Assembly: GCA_001750645.1 (NCBI GenBank)
Contig: MEIF01000228.1
Location: 79,322 to 143,321, forward strand
DNA length: 64,000 nt
Reading direction: 5' to 3'
Source of the DNA: Gammaproteobacteria bacterium AqS3
GTDB taxonomy: Bacteria; Pseudomonadota; Gammaproteobacteria; MEIF01; AqS3
In this document: positions 11,358 through 21,868 of the stretch, in pieces
Layout: each line of letters starts with the position of its first letter
Numbering within the stretch: the first letter of the stretch is position 1
Translations under genes and position numbers: made by a program
The notes under the pieces: model-generated
What the model was told of the DNA's origin: nothing
What the model saw: the letters and a program-made list of their open reading frames with translations, nothing else
The model's database searches: none

Positions 11358-11638
11358 CCCGCATCCGCCTCGGCGTGTTCCCGGCAGCAGTACCAGCGCC
11401 CCCCGGTGCGCACCCCTGTGGAGGCCTCGGCGTGCACGCCGCAGTGGCGGCACTCAAGCATTTCCCGGGTCTTGCCGGGTTTCGAGCGGGAGGGGCGCTC
11501 TTTGCGCCTTTGGCGGGTGCGCTGGCGGGTCCTGTGTCTGGGATCGGTCGGCTGCGCCTCATCATCGTCCCGGGGGCGCAGCAGCCGGTACATCAGCCAA
11601 GCGCCAAACGCCAGCACCAAGATTGCGAACAGGGCCAT
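11354..11638 (-). CDS. Small membrane-anchored Cys-rich protein (PP0621-like family, tentative)
   Basis: N-terminal TM helix (ALFAILVLAFGAWLMYRLL), basic linker, C-terminal CRHCGVHAEA...WYCCREH zinc-ribbon-like motif. Confidence 0.45.
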   Translation of the reverse strand: MALFAILVLAFGAWLMYRLLRPRDDDEAQPTDPRHRTRQRTRQRRKERPSRSKPGKTREMLECRHCGVHAEASTGVRTGGRWYCCREHAEADAG

Positions 11639-11639
11639 T

Positions 11640-12551
11640 TCAGTTTTCTTGGCGTCGGCTCGGTCGCTGGATGTCGTAGCGCAGCTTGGGAATATTGCCC
11701 TCGTTGCGATAGAAAAACCCCTGCGTCATCCGGTGCAGGATGCCGAAGGGTGTCGCCTTGGGCAAAATCAATTCGCCGTTTTCGTCCAGTGACGGGTGCT
11801 CGGGATGGTTCAGTTTCAGCAGTTCGACCGCCTTCAGCGCGCTCTCATCCTGATCCAGCTCGTAGTGAGCCGATGCGATCAGCACCAGGGCATCGCCGGT
11901 TTCAGGCGTCTGCGGATAGTCGACCAGAACGCCCTGTGCGCGCCGCAGCGCCCCGATGTAGGCCCGCCGCTTGAAGTAATAGGCGGCCACAGAGATCTCG
12001 TGCTTGGCCAGCAGGCTGCGAATGTAGATCATCCGCTGGCGGGCATCGGCCACCAGCAGGCTGTCGGGAAAGCGCTGGATGAATTCGGCCAGCAGAAAGA
12101 ATGAGCGCCGCCCGGCCTCGATGTCCCTCTGGTAGGCGAAGCGCTGGTTGGTGCGGTTCAGGGCGGTGTAGACCGCCGGAAAGATCGCGATCGCCTTCAT
12201 GTAATAGGCGTAGTCGGTGTTGGGGTGATTGGGGTGCAGTTCGGTGAAGCGCTCGGCGGCGGTTTCTGCTGCGGCGTAGTCGGTGCGCTTGAAATAGGCG
12301 AATATCAGATCGGCCTGTGCCTGCGTGGTGTACTGTCCAAAGGGATGGCGCCGCTCCAGCTCCTCAAGCAGCTGGATCGCCAGCTCGTAATTCCTCGCAT
12401 CCAGGGCATTTTGTGCGCGCTCAAAGTAGACGCGCTCGGACTGGCTCTCCTCGACGGCAGCGGCCTGCTGCTCCTCATCGCCGCCCTTGCTGCCGCATCC
12501 GGCCAGAGACAGGACGACGGCGAGCGCCAGTATCACGGTTAAACTGCGCAT
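11640..12551 (-). CDS. bamD: Outer membrane protein assembly factor BamD
   Basis: Lipobox LSLAGC. TPR-like repeats. Divergent from rluD as in E. coli (bamD / rluD-yfiH). Confidence 0.85.
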   Translation of the reverse strand: MRSLTVILALAVVLSLAGCGSKGGDEEQQAAAVEESQSERVYFERAQNALDARNYELAIQLLEELERRHPFGQYTTQAQADLIFAYFKRTDYAAAETAAERFTELHPNHPNTDYAYYMKAIAIFPAVYTALNRTNQRFAYQRDIEAGRRSFFLLAEFIQRFPDSLLVADARQRMIYIRSLLAKHEISVAAYYFKRRAYIGALRRAQGVLVDYPQTPETGDALVLIASAHYELDQDESALKAVELLKLNHPEHPSLDENGELILPKATPFGILHRMTQGFFYRNEGNIPKLRYDIQRPSRRQEN

Positions 12552-12595
12552 CGACCAGGTGCAGGCGGCAAAAAGCCGCGCATTTTAGCGGATTG

Positions 12596-13570
12596 ATGAG
12601 TTCGGACTGCACCCCCATCATCGACGAGACCGCCTCGGTTCCGCCTGAGCAGGACAGCCGGCGCGCCGATGTCATCGCCGCCTGGGCGTTCCCCGGCTAT
12701 TCCCGCACCCAGCTCACCAGGTGGATTCGAAGCGGCGAGCTGCGCGTTGACGGAGCCGGCGTCCGCCCGAGCCAGGCGCTGAAAGCGGGTCAGCGACTGC
12801 ATCTGCGCGCCCAGGCTCCCCGGGCTGTCGACTACCGGGGCGAGCCGGCCGAATACGCCTGCGTATACGAGGACGAGCACATCCTGGTGGTCGACAAGCC
12901 CGCAGGTCTGGTGGTTCACCCCGGTGCGGGCATCGCCTCGGGAACGCTCGCCAACGCGCTCATCCACGACCGGCCGGAGCTCAGGGGGCTGCCCCGTGCC
13001 GGCATCGTCCACCGGCTGGATGCGCACACCAGCGGGCTGATGGTCATCGCCAAGGATCTGAGGGTGCACTCGGCGCTGGTGCAGATGATGCAGGAGCGAT
13101 CTGTGGAGCGCCGCTATCTCGCCCTGGTGCACGGCGTGCTGATCGCCGGCGGCGAGATCGAGGCACCCATCGGGCGGCATCCCCGCCACCGCACCCGCCA
13201 GGCCGTCGTCAAGGGCGGGCGCTGGGCGCGCACGCACTACCGGGTGCGCGAGCGTTTTCGGCACCACACGCTGATTGAATGCCGACTGGAGACCGGCCGC
13301 ACGCATCAGATCAGGGTGCACTGCGCCCATGCCGGGTTTGCCCTGGTGGGCGATGCCACCTACGGTGCGCACGCAGTGCCCCGAAAGGATCATCTGCCCG
13401 CAGCGGGGGAGCTGTTGAGAGACTTTCGCCGCCAGGCGCTGTGCGCCCATCAGCTGGATCTCGAGCATCCGATCACCGGGCGGGAGTGCTCTTGGAGCAT
13501 TGAGCCGCCCGAGGATCTGCGACAGCTGATCGACGTGCTGCGCTGCGATGCCGACGGAAACCATGACTGA
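12596..13570 (+). CDS. rluD: 23S rRNA pseudouridine synthase RluD
   Basis: HRLDAHTSGLMVIAKD catalytic motif and S4-like N-terminus. The ORF track start at 12317 overlaps bamD, so the internal in-frame ATG at 12596 (MSSDCTPII) was chosen. Confidence 0.85.
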   Translation: MSSDCTPIIDETASVPPEQDSRRADVIAAWAFPGYSRTQLTRWIRSGELRVDGAGVRPSQALKAGQRLHLRAQAPRAVDYRGEPAEYACVYEDEHILVVDKPAGLVVHPGAGIASGTLANALIHDRPELRGLPRAGIVHRLDAHTSGLMVIAKDLRVHSALVQMMQERSVERRYLALVHGVLIAGGEIEAPIGRHPRHRTRQAVVKGGRWARTHYRVRERFRHHTLIECRLETGRTHQIRVHCAHAGFALVGDATYGAHAVPRKDHLPAAGELLRDFRRQALCAHQLDLEHPITGRECSWSIEPPEDLRQLIDVLRCDADGNHD

Positions 13571-14330
13571 GGCGACTGAGGCCTGGGTTGAGCGGGCGGG
13601 GCTGCGCTGGCTTGAGCCGAAGTGGAATGTCCCCGGGGTGTGCGCTGTCTCCCTCAGCCGAGCCGGCGGCAGCAGCGCCGGCGCCTGGGCGGGACTCAAC
13701 CTGTCCGATGCCGTCGGCGATGATCCCGAAGCCGTTGAGGTCAACCGCAGCCGGGTGCGGGACGTGCTGGGCGTGCAGTCGCCCGACTGGATCCGGCAGC
13801 GCCACGGCATTGCCGTTGCCAGAGCCGGCTCGGGGCCGGTCATTGCCGATGCGCTGCTCACCCAGCGCAGCCGGGCCTCTCGGACGCCCTGTGCCATTCT
13901 CAGCGCCGACTGCCTGCCGGTGGTGCTGGCCGCCCGGGACGGCAGAGCGGTCGGCATCGCCCATGCGGGATGGCGCGGCCTGCTCGCCGGTGTCGTCCCC
14001 AATCTGCTGCGCGCACTCGACCTCCCCTCCGGCGAGCTGAGCGCCTGGCTGGCGCCGTGCATCGGGCCCGAGGCCTTCTGGGTCGGCCCCGAAGTGCGCC
14101 GAGCCTATCTGATGCTCTGGGGTGAGATGGCCGAGGGCGAATTTGTCGCCTGCCATGTCGATCGCTGGCAGATGAACCTGGCCGGGCTGGCCGAGCGCCA
14201 GCTGCGGCTTCTGGGCGTGGAGCACATTCTGCGGGGCAGTCACTGCACGCACCGGGATGCCGACACCTTCTACTCGTACCGGCGGGAGCAAACCAGCGGC
14301 CGGCAGGCCACGCTGGCATGGCTGGAGTAG
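13548..14330 (+). CDS. pgeF: Peptidoglycan editing factor / purine nucleoside phosphorylase YfiH (DUF152, laccase-domain)
   Basis: Conserved rluD-yfiH synteny. Conserved His/Cys core (GIAHAGWRG, HCTH). Confidence 0.8.
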   Translation: MPTETMTEATEAWVERAGLRWLEPKWNVPGVCAVSLSRAGGSSAGAWAGLNLSDAVGDDPEAVEVNRSRVRDVLGVQSPDWIRQRHGIAVARAGSGPVIADALLTQRSRASRTPCAILSADCLPVVLAARDGRAVGIAHAGWRGLLAGVVPNLLRALDLPSGELSAWLAPCIGPEAFWVGPEVRRAYLMLWGEMAEGEFVACHVDRWQMNLAGLAERQLRLLGVEHILRGSHCTHRDADTFYSYRREQTSGRQATLAWLE

Positions 14331-14351
14331 CGAAATAGCGGGGTAACAGAT

Positions 14352-15074
14352 TTGCGCGGCAGCGGATACAATCCGCCCCGCCTTTGGCCTTGTCATCCTG
14401 ACCGAGCCGCAGAAAGGGAGCCATTGAACGTGAATGCACTTGAGACTTATCTGAACCTGGGCGGTGGGTTGTCGCCGGATTTTCAAAAGCGGCTGACGGC
14501 TGACGAGGCCGTTGAACTGCTCAAGGCGGGGTATCAGCGCTTTCGAAAGGGGGAGACCTTTAAGCGCCCCAGAGAGACGCTTCTGGCGGATGCCGGGGTC
14601 GGCCAGGCGCCCTATGCCGCCGTGCTCAGCTGCATGGACAGCCGCGTCCCGGTTGAGACCCTGTTTGATGCGGACATCGGGGATCTGTTCGCCATACGGA
14701 TTGCCGGCAACGTCGTCAACGACGACATCATGGCCTCGCTGGAATTTGCCGTGAAATACCTCGGCGCCAAGGCCATCCTGGTTCAGGGGCACACCGACTG
14801 CGGCGCCATCAAGGGGGTCTTCGCCGGGGTTGAGGACGGCCACGTCACCGGACTGCTGGAGCGGATCAAGCCGGCCCTTGAAAAGACCAAGGCAGAGCAC
14901 GGCGAAGAGGCGACCGATGCCTCGCTCCTGGCCTGCACCGAAAACCATGTCGACCACATCCTGGCGACGGTCCGCAGCGAGAGCTCAATCGTCGCCGACA
15001 TGGAAAAATCCGGCGACATCCGCATGCTCGGAGCCGTCTACAACGTCGGCACCGGCGAGGTTGCGTTTCGCTGA
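14352..15074 (+). CDS. can: Beta-class carbonic anhydrase (true start may be the GTG near 14430)
   Basis: CMDSRVP, HTDCGAIKG zinc-ligand motifs. Confidence 0.8.
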   Translation: MRGSGYNPPRLWPCHPDRAAEREPLNVNALETYLNLGGGLSPDFQKRLTADEAVELLKAGYQRFRKGETFKRPRETLLADAGVGQAPYAAVLSCMDSRVPVETLFDADIGDLFAIRIAGNVVNDDIMASLEFAVKYLGAKAILVQGHTDCGAIKGVFAGVEDGHVTGLLERIKPALEKTKAEHGEEATDASLLACTENHVDHILATVRSESSIVADMEKSGDIRMLGAVYNVGTGEVAFR

Positions 15075-15128
15075 TGAGCGGATTGCTTGACTCTGGGTGA
15101 TTTCTAGTAAAAAACAGAAGTCCGGGCT

Positions 15129-17006
15129 TCAAGCATCCAATATCTCAATTTGATCTTCTGAGAAATAACCTTTTTCTATAAGTTCCTCTCGCACTTTGCA
15201 TGGGTTGAGAGTAAACAGAATAATGACTAAATCTTTTTTAGCTCTGGAAAAGCTTACATAAGCCAGTTTTTTGGTTCGATCCTTTTGCTTTTCAGAAGAA
15301 CTTTCACCGGATGTTTCTGGTGACAGTAATTTAGCAAAATTGTAATTATTCCAATTTGTTTCAGTGTCATCATAGAAAACTAAAACTTTGTCATATTCTT
15401 CACCCTTCACACCATGCTGTGTGCTAAACGGAGTATTTTCATAAATAAAGTCGTAATACTTCTCCAATTGATCTGTCTTCATTTCAAAAAATCGATCAGC
15501 CAGCCATTCGCCCTTGTCTTTTTCATGTTCATTTTCGTCATATTCTTCAGACCTGACAGTTCGCTGAATCTGATCAGCAAGTCTGGTGGAAGCGGGAATT
15601 ATTTTGAGCTTGAGAGAGAGCTCAAGTATTTCTCTTAAGGAGCTCTTTTTCCATTCTTTAACTAGAGTCCTTACTGCTTTGCGCGCCTTTTTTCTGACGA
15701 AGCCAAGTGTTTCGTCAGAGCTTGGGCTTAAAAGAGGGCTGGATTCTTGAAGAATCTTAAAAACCTCCTGCTGATCATCTTTATCAAATGCTCGAACAAG
15801 TGGAATTAGCGGGTCAAAAAAGGGCCTTAATAAAAAATGCTCTCCTTTTTGGTAGTCATTTTTAGTTGACAGGCTGGCATAAGGCCCATTGAATAATTCA
15901 TGCAACTCCAGAAACCCCAATCGCCTTGCTATCATTTTATGAGTCAAAAATAAACTTTTAATTTTTGTGTCGTCTTGCCAATTCAGTTTGTCTAGTGCCG
16001 CATCAAACTTGGTGAGTGCGCGATCCATTTGATCACTGCTATAGGTTTTTCTATAGCCTTTTCCTTTTTCAGATTGCACCAGCATTACTTGAACACTGCC
16101 CTGGCAATTCTCTCCGGCTGGAACTTGCTGGACATCTTGTCTAAAGGAATTTAACAGCTGGATTACCGCTTTGGAGCAACGATAATTTTCCCGCTTGGTA
16201 ATTACTTTTAGGTGTGCACCTTCGCTAAAATTATCAGATCGCTCATCATAAATTTGCTGCATGGGATCCCCAAAATATCCAACGATGGGAGGTCCTTCTT
16301 TGGAAGTTAGTAGGTTTAGCGCACAGATAATGGAGGAATCAGTATCTTGTGCCTCATCGACAAAGATATAAGGGTATTTCTGTCCTATGATCTTTTGAAA
16401 GGCCGGAAATTTTTTGATCATCAGCCCTGAAAGCTCGATAACATCATCATGATCCAATTGCCCTTCTTCGTAATTTTTAGATGGGCTGTCATCATATTTG
16501 AATTTTTCGATTTCATTTATATTTTCCAGCACCTGTTCATATTTAGCGATTCTCTCTTGCGCATTTGTTGCGGCAGTACTTCTTCCATTGGCTCTGAGCT
16601 TGTTTTTCGCTATCTGGGATGGGATGATGCAATCTTTTATCATTGTTTTGATTTCTTGTTGAAAGCTTTTGATCTCTCCCCACAAAAATGAGTGAAGGGT
16701 AGAAACTATAAATAAATCATCGAAATTTAAACGTTTCAATATGACATTGACAGCTCTATTGGTGTATGTAATGCATACAACGCGCCGACCCTTTTTTCTA
16801 AGCAGAGCCCTTTTATGCTGTCGAATGTAATCTAGGGCATTAATCAAAGATCTGGTCTTGCCCGATCCTGCACCGGCAACCACAGCAAAGCTTTCATCCT
16901 TATCAATGCAATTTCGAATCTCCCTATCCGAATCCGAGAGAGCATTCCGTTTTGGTGACGTCAAGTCTTTCCTATTGTTCTTCAGCCCGTTGTTCGTTCT
17001 AGTCAT
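15129..17006 (-). CDS. gajB: UvrD/PcrA/Rep-like SF1 helicase, GajB-like (Gabija-like pair 1)
   Basis: Walker A AVVAGAGSGKTRSL, motif II FVDEAQD, C-terminal VSFSRAKKDL. 4-nt overlap with the upstream OLD-family gene. ~36% GC. Confidence 0.7.
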   Translation of the reverse strand: MTRTNNGLKNNRKDLTSPKRNALSDSDREIRNCIDKDESFAVVAGAGSGKTRSLINALDYIRQHKRALLRKKGRRVVCITYTNRAVNVILKRLNFDDLFIVSTLHSFLWGEIKSFQQEIKTMIKDCIIPSQIAKNKLRANGRSTAATNAQERIAKYEQVLENINEIEKFKYDDSPSKNYEEGQLDHDDVIELSGLMIKKFPAFQKIIGQKYPYIFVDEAQDTDSSIICALNLLTSKEGPPIVGYFGDPMQQIYDERSDNFSEGAHLKVITKRENYRCSKAVIQLLNSFRQDVQQVPAGENCQGSVQVMLVQSEKGKGYRKTYSSDQMDRALTKFDAALDKLNWQDDTKIKSLFLTHKMIARRLGFLELHELFNGPYASLSTKNDYQKGEHFLLRPFFDPLIPLVRAFDKDDQQEVFKILQESSPLLSPSSDETLGFVRKKARKAVRTLVKEWKKSSLREILELSLKLKIIPASTRLADQIQRTVRSEEYDENEHEKDKGEWLADRFFEMKTDQLEKYYDFIYENTPFSTQHGVKGEEYDKVLVFYDDTETNWNNYNFAKLLSPETSGESSSEKQKDRTKKLAYVSFSRAKKDLVIILFTLNPCKVREELIEKGYFSEDQIEILDA

Positions 17007-19060
17007 GACGAAGGATTATCCATCACAGACACTAACCATTGCAGGCCTTTGGATATATATTGAGGAGTAACCCATTCAACGTCGCTACTCATCACTTCAA
17101 GAGCAAATTCGGTTTTTTTGTAATTTGGTGACTTTACAGTTGAATAAACTTTTTTGTAATCCTCTGAAAAATTTTCGTCTTCACCAAGTTTTATAAAATT
17201 TTTAAGAAACGAATTTGCTCTAATCAAATTGATGTTGTGGTAAATAAAGGATTCTTCAAAAGTTCTGGGTATCATTTCTTGTTCCCCAGGATAGGGAGAT
17301 ATGGAGTTTTGAAAAGTGATCCCCAGGTCTTTCTGTTCCGGAGAGATATGCAGGTGGGGCTCTTCATTTGATATTTTCAGTAAATCTGAAATAGCTTTTT
17401 TGTTAACAAGAGATGTAATGGTTTTATTGCTGGAAACCGCACCAGATTGGCAGGCCATGCATGCTTTTCGATTCTTTCGAGGGTCGATTGAATCAAGGTC
17501 CGAAATAATGAGAGCTGGCAGGTTTAAGAATTTGATTAAAGGAACTAACTGATGTGCGTATGCCCCTCCTACTTCTAGAATTGTCAAATATTTGCTTGAA
17601 AGATCCCGAGCTTCTTTCTCGATAAATTTTGGCAAAAGCAGTTTCTCGGTGGCCCCTTCAACTAAGACTGCTCCATCTGAGAAAAACAAATCACAGTGAG
17701 TGAGTCTCAGATATTTTTTGAGAAAATTGACATTTTTCTCTGAATTTTCTTTGCTGGAAAAATCTTTTAGATCTAGAATTTTTGTGGCTATTTTTCGATC
17801 ATCAGATTCTTTTATTTCAGACCTGCATCTTTGAAAGTAACGAATGGAGGTGAAATCCCCCTCATCAATAATGTGGGGCGAGTGAGTGCTTATTAAAAGT
17901 TGAGGGTTGGATAATTCGTTATTTTCCGGGTTGCTGCCCCTCTCTATTACTTTTCTTATTTTTCGAATAAATGTTTGTTGCACCTGTGTGTGCAGGTGAA
18001 CTTCAGGCTCTTCGACGAAAATGAGGTGACAGGGCGGTTGAGTTTCTTCTATAGTCAGCCATTTTCTCTGGAAATGACTGATCTGGGCTGCTATATAAAT
18101 GAGGTTCTTGAAACCCAATCCATTGTAGGCTTCCGGCAGTTCATAGTCAGGATATTTGCTGTCTGCGTAAAGTAAAGTGGTACTTCCTTGAAGGGCGTCT
18201 TCTGGCTTCAGAGTTGACGATATTCTTAATTCTCTGTCATTTGCAGATGGAAAACCCAAGTCACTAATAATGTCAAATAATGGATTAAACTGCCTATCGT
18301 AATGTTCAGAAAGTTTTCTGTTGCTCTCATCAATGACTGCGAATGCTTCATCGTCAGCTTCTAATTTTTCCAGATTGGCTTTGTAATACTCATTTAGGAT
18401 GCTAGACAGTCTTGTGCTCCTCGCGGCTTCTTTGTCATCAATGTTCCTTTGAGCGTCGACAAAGTCGACCGCAATTAGGCTTCTTAAAGCTCGCCTTCCT
18501 TCTTCTCCTTCTAAGGCATGCGGCTTTGTCAAACTTTTGTTGAATGAATCACCAGTTTTTTCTAACTTGAAGTATTTCAGACTGAAGTGATTTTTCAGTC
18601 GATCTTTCTCAGATAAAAACCGTGATAGCTTTATATCCGGGCTGGATTTTCTACTGCTGTCAAATTCACTGATTAGTTCAGTTTGATCATTCACTGAAAA
18701 TGAAATTCTGATGCCTATTTCAGAATATTCTTTTTCTAGAGAGGTTAACAAGTTATAAACTTTTCCATATTCAGCTTCTGGATTGATGGAAAACCAAAGA
18801 TCCAAGTCGATCGATGGAATCTTGTTTTCTCTTTCTTTTTCCTCTTCGCCGATCTGATCTATTTTTTGCAATAGCGGTACTGAAAAATCATAAATTTGAA
18901 ATTCAGAGTTCCGCCCAGGAAGAAATAGCCTGAAAATCATGGATGCGGATGTTTTGCCGGAATTGTTCGGACCAACCAGTATGGTGTCCGTATCGCTGAG
19001 ATTGACCTCGACATTTTCCAGTCGCCTGAAATTTCTGACGCAGAATCTATCTAGTTTCAT
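17003..19060 (-). CDS. gajA: OLD-family ABC-type ATPase with C-terminal TOPRIM nuclease domain, GajA-like (Gabija-like pair 1)
   Basis: Walker A GPNNSGKTS. D-loop/Walker B LIFVEEPEVHLH. H-loop STHSPHII. TOPRIM-like VLVEGATEKLLL ... ALIISDLDSIDP. Immediately upstream of and coupled to the UvrD-like gene. Confidence 0.75.
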   Translation of the reverse strand: MKLDRFCVRNFRRLENVEVNLSDTDTILVGPNNSGKTSASMIFRLFLPGRNSEFQIYDFSVPLLQKIDQIGEEEKERENKIPSIDLDLWFSINPEAEYGKVYNLLTSLEKEYSEIGIRISFSVNDQTELISEFDSSRKSSPDIKLSRFLSEKDRLKNHFSLKYFKLEKTGDSFNKSLTKPHALEGEEGRRALRSLIAVDFVDAQRNIDDKEAARSTRLSSILNEYYKANLEKLEADDEAFAVIDESNRKLSEHYDRQFNPLFDIISDLGFPSANDRELRISSTLKPEDALQGSTTLLYADSKYPDYELPEAYNGLGFKNLIYIAAQISHFQRKWLTIEETQPPCHLIFVEEPEVHLHTQVQQTFIRKIRKVIERGSNPENNELSNPQLLISTHSPHIIDEGDFTSIRYFQRCRSEIKESDDRKIATKILDLKDFSSKENSEKNVNFLKKYLRLTHCDLFFSDGAVLVEGATEKLLLPKFIEKEARDLSSKYLTILEVGGAYAHQLVPLIKFLNLPALIISDLDSIDPRKNRKACMACQSGAVSSNKTITSLVNKKAISDLLKISNEEPHLHISPEQKDLGITFQNSISPYPGEQEMIPRTFEESFIYHNINLIRANSFLKNFIKLGEDENFSEDYKKVYSTVKSPNYKKTEFALEVMSSDVEWVTPQYISKGLQWLVSVMDNPSS

Positions 19061-19099
19061 ATTTTTGACTGTACTCGATTATTTCGCTCCAACAGCATT

Positions 19100-21796
19100 C
19101 TAGACGGATGCCCCGGTCGCCTCGTCCGCAGATCTGGGGGTGAAGGTCAGCTGCCCGCCCTCGGCGCCCACGTCGAGTGCGGTCCCGGACGGGTATTTGT
19201 CCTCCAGCAGCAGCTGCGAGAGCGGATTGAGCAGGTGGGTTTCGATGGCGCGGCGGATCGGTCGGGCGCCGTAGATCGGCGAGTATCCGGCCGAGGCCAG
19301 GAAGTTCTCGGCGTCCTCCGACAGCACGATGTCCAGATCCTGCTGCTGCAGCCGCCGGCGCAGGTGCCGGATCTGAATGCCGATGATGTCGCGCACGTGC
19401 TCGCGCGCCAATGGATCAAACAGCACGATCTCGTCGACGCGGTTGAGAAACTCGGGCAGAAAGTGCTGGCGCAGCCGCTCCTGGACTGCGCGCTGCACGG
19501 TCTCGCGCTCGACATTCTGCTCGACCATTCGGGTGATCTCATCGGCGGCCAGGTTGGAAGTCATCACCACGACCACGTTGCGAAAGTCCACGGTGCGACC
19601 CTGGCCGTCGGTCAGGCGCCCGTCGTCGAGCACCTGCAGCAGCACGTTGAAGACATCAATGTGCGCCTTTTCTATTTCATCGAGCAGCAGCACCATGTAG
19701 GGCTGGCGCCGCACCGCCTCGGTCAGATAGCCGCCGTCCTCGTGGCCGACGTAGCCGGGCGGGGCGCCGATCAGGCGTGAGACCGAGTGCTGCTCCATGA
19801 ACTCGGACATGTCAATGCGCACCATGGCCTGCTCGGAGTCGAACAGAAACTCGGCCAGCGCCTTGCACAGCTCGGTCTTGCCGACCCCGGTCGGGCCGAG
19901 AAACATGAACGAGCCGTTGGGACGGCCCGGATCAGCCAGGCCGACCCGGGCGCGCCGGACGACGTTGGCCACCGCAGTCAGGGCGGCCTCCTGTCCGACC
20001 ACGCGCTGCCGCAGGGCATCCTCGATGTGCAGCAGGCGCTCCCGCTCCCCCTGGCGCAGCCGCATCACCGGAATGCCGGTCCACTTGGCGATGACCTCGG
20101 TGACCTCGTCTTCGGTGACGCGGTCGCGCAGCAGCCGGCTGGGGGAGTCCCCGTCCTCGGCCGCATCGCTGTCGCTGTCGCTGTCGCTCTGCGCGGAGGT
20201 GCGCTCGGCCTGAAGCATCTGCTTCTCCAGCTCGGGAATGCGCCCGTACTTGAGCTCGGACATGCGGGTCAGATCGTTGTCCCGGCTGGCCTGCTCCAAC
20301 TCCAGCTTGGCCTGCTCGAGTGCGCTCTTGAACTGCGCGGCGCCCTCGACCTTGGCTTTTTCGGCGCGCCAGACTTCCTCCAGGCCGGCGTACTCGGCCT
20401 CGACCTCGGCGATCTCCGCCTCCAGCGACTGCAGCCGCTCGGCGGCCTCGGCCTCGGTTTCCTTGCTGAGCGCCTCGCGCTCCATCTGCAGCTGCACCAG
20501 CCGGCTGTGGAGGCGGTCCATCGGCTCCGGCAGCGAGTCGATTTCCATGCGGATCTGGCTGGCGGCCTCGTCGATGATGTCAATCGCCTTGTCGGGCAGA
20601 TTGCGCTCGGGGATGTAGCGCACCGACAGCCGCGTCGCTGCGATCAGTGCCGAGTCGGTGATCGACACGCCGTGATGCACCTCGTAGCGCTCCTTCAGCC
20701 CGCGCAGGATGGCGATGGTGTCCTCCTCGCTGGGGGTGTTGACCAGCACTTTCTGGAAGCGCCGCTCGAGCGCCTTGTCCTTTTCGATGTACTGGCGGTA
20801 CTCGTCGAGCGTGGTCGCCCCGATGCAGTGCAGCTCGCCCCGCGCCAGCGCCGGCTTGAGCATGTTGCCGGCGTCCATGGCTCCCGAGGTGCGGCCGGCC
20901 CCGACCACCGTGTGCAGCTCGTCGATGAAGATGATGTACTCGTCGCGGTGCTGCTCGAGCTCCTTCAGCACCGCCTTGAGGCGCTCCTCAAATTCGCCGT
21001 GGTACTTGGCGCCGGCGATCAGGGCCGAGAGATCCAGCGAGAGGATTTCGCGGCTGCGCATGGCCTCGGGGACCTGGCCGTTGACGATGCGCTGCGCCAG
21101 CCCCTCGACGATGGCGGTCTTGCCGACGCCGGGTTCGCCGTAGAGCACCGGGTTGTTCTTGGTGCGCCGCTGCAGCACCTGGATGGTGCGGCGGATCTCC
21201 TCGTCGCGTCCGATGACCGGATCCAGCTTGCCCTCGCGCGCCAGGGCCGTCATGTTGACGGTGTAGCGCTGGAGGGCATCGCGCTCGTCCTCGCTGGAGG
21301 GCGAGCTGACCGGACCCTGCCGGCTGCGCAGCTCGTCGATGCGCTGGTGCAGCTGGGTCAGGTCGACACCGGAGCGCTGCAGCAGCTGGCCGATGGCCTC
21401 GCCCTCGCCGCTCGCCGCCAGCAGAAAGTGCTCGCTGGCGATGAACTTGTCGCCCCGCCTGTGCGCCTGGCTGTGCGCCACCTGCAGATGGCGTCGCAGT
21501 TCCCGGTGCGGAACGATCTCGCCCTGCTCGGCATCCGCCGATTTCGGCAGCGCCTCGATGCGGGCCTCCAGCAGCTCTTTCAGGGTTTCGGTTGAGCCGC
21601 CGGCCTGCTGGATCAGGGGCGAGATGCTGTTGTCCAGCTGTCGCAGCAGCACCAGCAGAACGTGCTCGCTCTGCACCTGCAGCTGACCCGAGGTGCGCGC
21701 GAACAGCTGCGCCTCCTCAATGGCTTGGGTGAATCTTCTGGTGAAGTGTTCCTGCACGGTAATGAGGGGAGATGTCCACGCCCCTTTAATGGTCAT
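19100..21796 (-). CDS. clpB: Chaperone ClpB (AAA+ disaggregase); start at ATG 21796 or GTG 21757
   Basis: Two AAA+ modules ([16 protein letters not shown]), coiled-coil M-domain, [14 protein letters not shown]-domain. The ORF track's extra ~300 N-terminal codons are a high-GC artefact. Confidence 0.95.
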   Translation of the reverse strand: MTIKGAWTSPLITVQEHFTRRFTQAIEEAQLFARTSGQLQVQSEHVLLVLLRQLDNSISPLIQQAGGSTETLKELLEARIEALPKSADAEQGEIVPHRELRRHLQVAHSQAHRRGDKFIASEHFLLAASGEGEAIGQLLQRSGVDLTQLHQRIDELRSRQGPVSSPSSEDERDALQRYTVNMTALAREGKLDPVIGRDEEIRRTIQVLQRRTKNNPVLYGEPGVGKTAIVEGLAQRIVNGQVPEAMRSREILSLDLSALIAGAKYHGEFEERLKAVLKELEQHRDEYIIFIDELHTVVGAGRTSGAMDAGNMLKPALARGELHCIGATTLDEYRQYIEKDKALERRFQKVLVNTPSEEDTIAILRGLKERYEVHHGVSITDSALIAATRLSVRYIPERNLPDKAIDIIDEAASQIRMEIDSLPEPMDRLHSRLVQLQMEREALSKETEAEAAERLQSLEAEIAEVEAEYAGLEEVWRAEKAKVEGAAQFKSALEQAKLELEQASRDNDLTRMSELKYGRIPELEKQMLQAERTSAQSDSDSDSDAAEDGDSPSRLLRDRVTEDEVTEVIAKWTGIPVMRLRQGERERLLHIEDALRQRVVGQEAALTAVANVVRRARVGLADPGRPNGSFMFLGPTGVGKTELCKALAEFLFDSEQAMVRIDMSEFMEQHSVSRLIGAPPGYVGHEDGGYLTEAVRRQPYMVLLLDEIEKAHIDVFNVLLQVLDDGRLTDGQGRTVDFRNVVVVMTSNLAADEITRMVEQNVERETVQRAVQERLRQHFLPEFLNRVDEIVLFDPLAREHVRDIIGIQIRHLRRRLQQQDLDIVLSEDAENFLASAGYSPIYGARPIRRAIETHLLNPLSQLLLEDKYPSGTALDVGAEGGQLTFTPRSADEATGASV
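20166..20189 (-). repeat. Hexanucleotide SSR (TCGCTG)x4 on the + strand inside clpB, encoding (SD)4
   Basis: Read directly: tcgctgtcgctgtcgctgtcgctc. In-frame (SD)n insert in the ClpB linker ([17 protein letters not shown]). Confidence 0.8.
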
Positions 21797-21868
21797 TGCC
21801 GCGCACTTTTTCAAGGAGGGGGGTTTGGGACGGGTGATATAGTCGGCCAGTTTTTCAGGGGGTCCGCT

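Noticed and set aside
12317-12595. Upstream extension of the rluD ORF
   Set aside because: Overlaps bamD on the opposite strand. Homology to RluD begins near the internal ATG at 12596.
12539-14957. Two long minus-strand ORFs (507 aa, 494 aa) across rluD, pgeF and the carbonic anhydrase gene
   Set aside because: Antisense shadow ORFs. The sense-strand genes have clear catalytic motifs and conserved synteny.
19787-21595. 602-aa plus-strand ORF
   Set aside because: Antisense to clpB.
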